Shown: one piece after another, positions 39,740-40,774 of the stretch
How the letters are laid out: each line of letters starts with the position of its first letter
How positions within the stretch are numbered: position 1 is the first letter of the stretch
Origin: Nitrospirota bacterium
Lineage (GTDB): Bacteria > Nitrospirota > JACRHJ01
Assembly (NCBI GenBank): GCA_963733375.1
Contig: CAVTDB010000018.1
Coordinates: 1 to 40,774, forward strand
DNA: 40,774 nucleotides
Direction of reading: 5' to 3'
Made by a program: the position numbers and the translations under genes
Notes under the pieces: generated by a model
What the model saw: the letters and a program-made list of their open reading frames with translations, nothing else
Databases searched by the model: none
What the model was told of the DNA's origin: nothing

Positions 39740-40774
39740 TCAAGAATTTTCTGGGGAAGACGCTCTTAATTGACCGCATGCCGCTAGGATGTCCGCGCCC
39801 CGGCTGTCACGGATGAATGCGGTATAATTTATGAAATTGCAGTCTCTCCTGAAAGGCCAGCACCGCTTTTGCATCCGGGCTTTTAAACTCGCTTCCCTCA
39901 TGCTCGTTGAATGGAATCAGATTTATTTTGCATTTCAGCCCCCGAAGGAGCTTTCCCAACTGTGCCGCATGTTCCGCCTTGTCGTTTATCCCCCTCAGCA
40001 GGACGTATTCCACGGTTATGCGCCTCCTGGGGGCAAGCGGATAATCCTTCAACGCCTTCAGGAGCGCCTTCAGCGGATATTTTTTGTTTATCGGCATTAT
40101 CCTGTCCCTGATCTCGTCGTTCGGCGCGTTGACGGATACGGCCAGGTTCACCCCGAGTCCGCTCTCGCCAAGCGCCTTGATGCCCGGCACCACCCCGGCC
40201 GTGCTTAGCGTGATCCTCCTGGGGGAGATGTTGAACATACCGGGCGAGGTGAGGCGCCTTAACGCCTCGAACACGTTATCCGTATTCAAAAGCGGCTCCC
40301 CCATCCCCATGAGGACGATATTCGTAAGTTTTTGCCCCTCGCCTGCCGCCGGTCGGCCCGAAGCGGCCGAGGCGCGACGCCATGAGCACCTGGCCGGTTA
40401 TCTCGTGCGGCAGGAGGTTTCTTCTTATCCCTCCCGCACCCGTCAGGCAGAACCGGCATCCCAGTGCGCACCCGGCCTGGGAAGAGATGCACAAGGTCAG
40501 CCTGTCCTCATCCGGTATCAGGACGGACTCGATTTTTTCTCCGTCTTGTAACCCGAAGAGATATTTTTCCGTCTTATCTGTGGATATCTGGCGGCTGACG
40601 AGTTCCGGCGGGCGCAGTTCCGCGTTTCCTGAAGCTTTTCCCGGTCCGCAAAGGATATGTCAGTCATGCCGGAGAAGGAATCGCGCGCCTTCGACATAGA
40701 CCCACCGGCATATCTGGGCGGCGCGGTAAGGTCTCATCCCGAGGCCCTCGACAAACGCTTTAAGCTCTTCGGCA
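39740..40774 (-). CDS. rlmN: Dual-specificity RNA methyltransferase RlmN (5' end outside the window; several frameshifts)
   Basis: CISSQAGCALGCRFCLTG radical-SAM motif, MGMGEPL, EYVLL.GIND, C-terminal DILAACGQL. Confidence 0.93.

Overview
Bacterial chromosomal window, mostly GC-rich with two AT-richer accessory blocks. The gene content (glnB-glnA, amt with sigma54/NtrC sites, pilMNOPQ-aroC-aroK-aroB, xseB-ispA-dxs-tlyA, kdpFABC-kdpD, GEMM-I riboswitch) resembles Desulfobacterota/Nitrospirota; this taxonomy is inference only. At least a dozen conserved genes are broken by single-base indels, mostly +1 in short homopolymers, so the sequence is probably an unpolished long-read assembly. I rejoined the split genes rather than calling pseudogenes. 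Main candidates for novelty: (1) a ~4.45-kb cassette bounded by perfect 16-bp inverted repeats, with stuttered end copies. It carries a three-gene secreted operon (Ig/PKD protein, carboxypeptidase-regulatory-like protein, Zn-dependent PLC/P1-nuclease-like protein) behind an A20-type GEMM-I riboswitch predicted to prefer 3',3'-cGAMP. (2) A GlnB paralogue inside the kdp K+ uptake operon with in-frame loss of its T-loop and C-loop and an altered B-loop. (3) An unannotated two-hairpin RNA candidate with its own sigma70 promoter downstream of glnA. Also present: tmRNA, a family of REP/BIME-like intergenic repeats and an Eco29kI-like R-M cassette.
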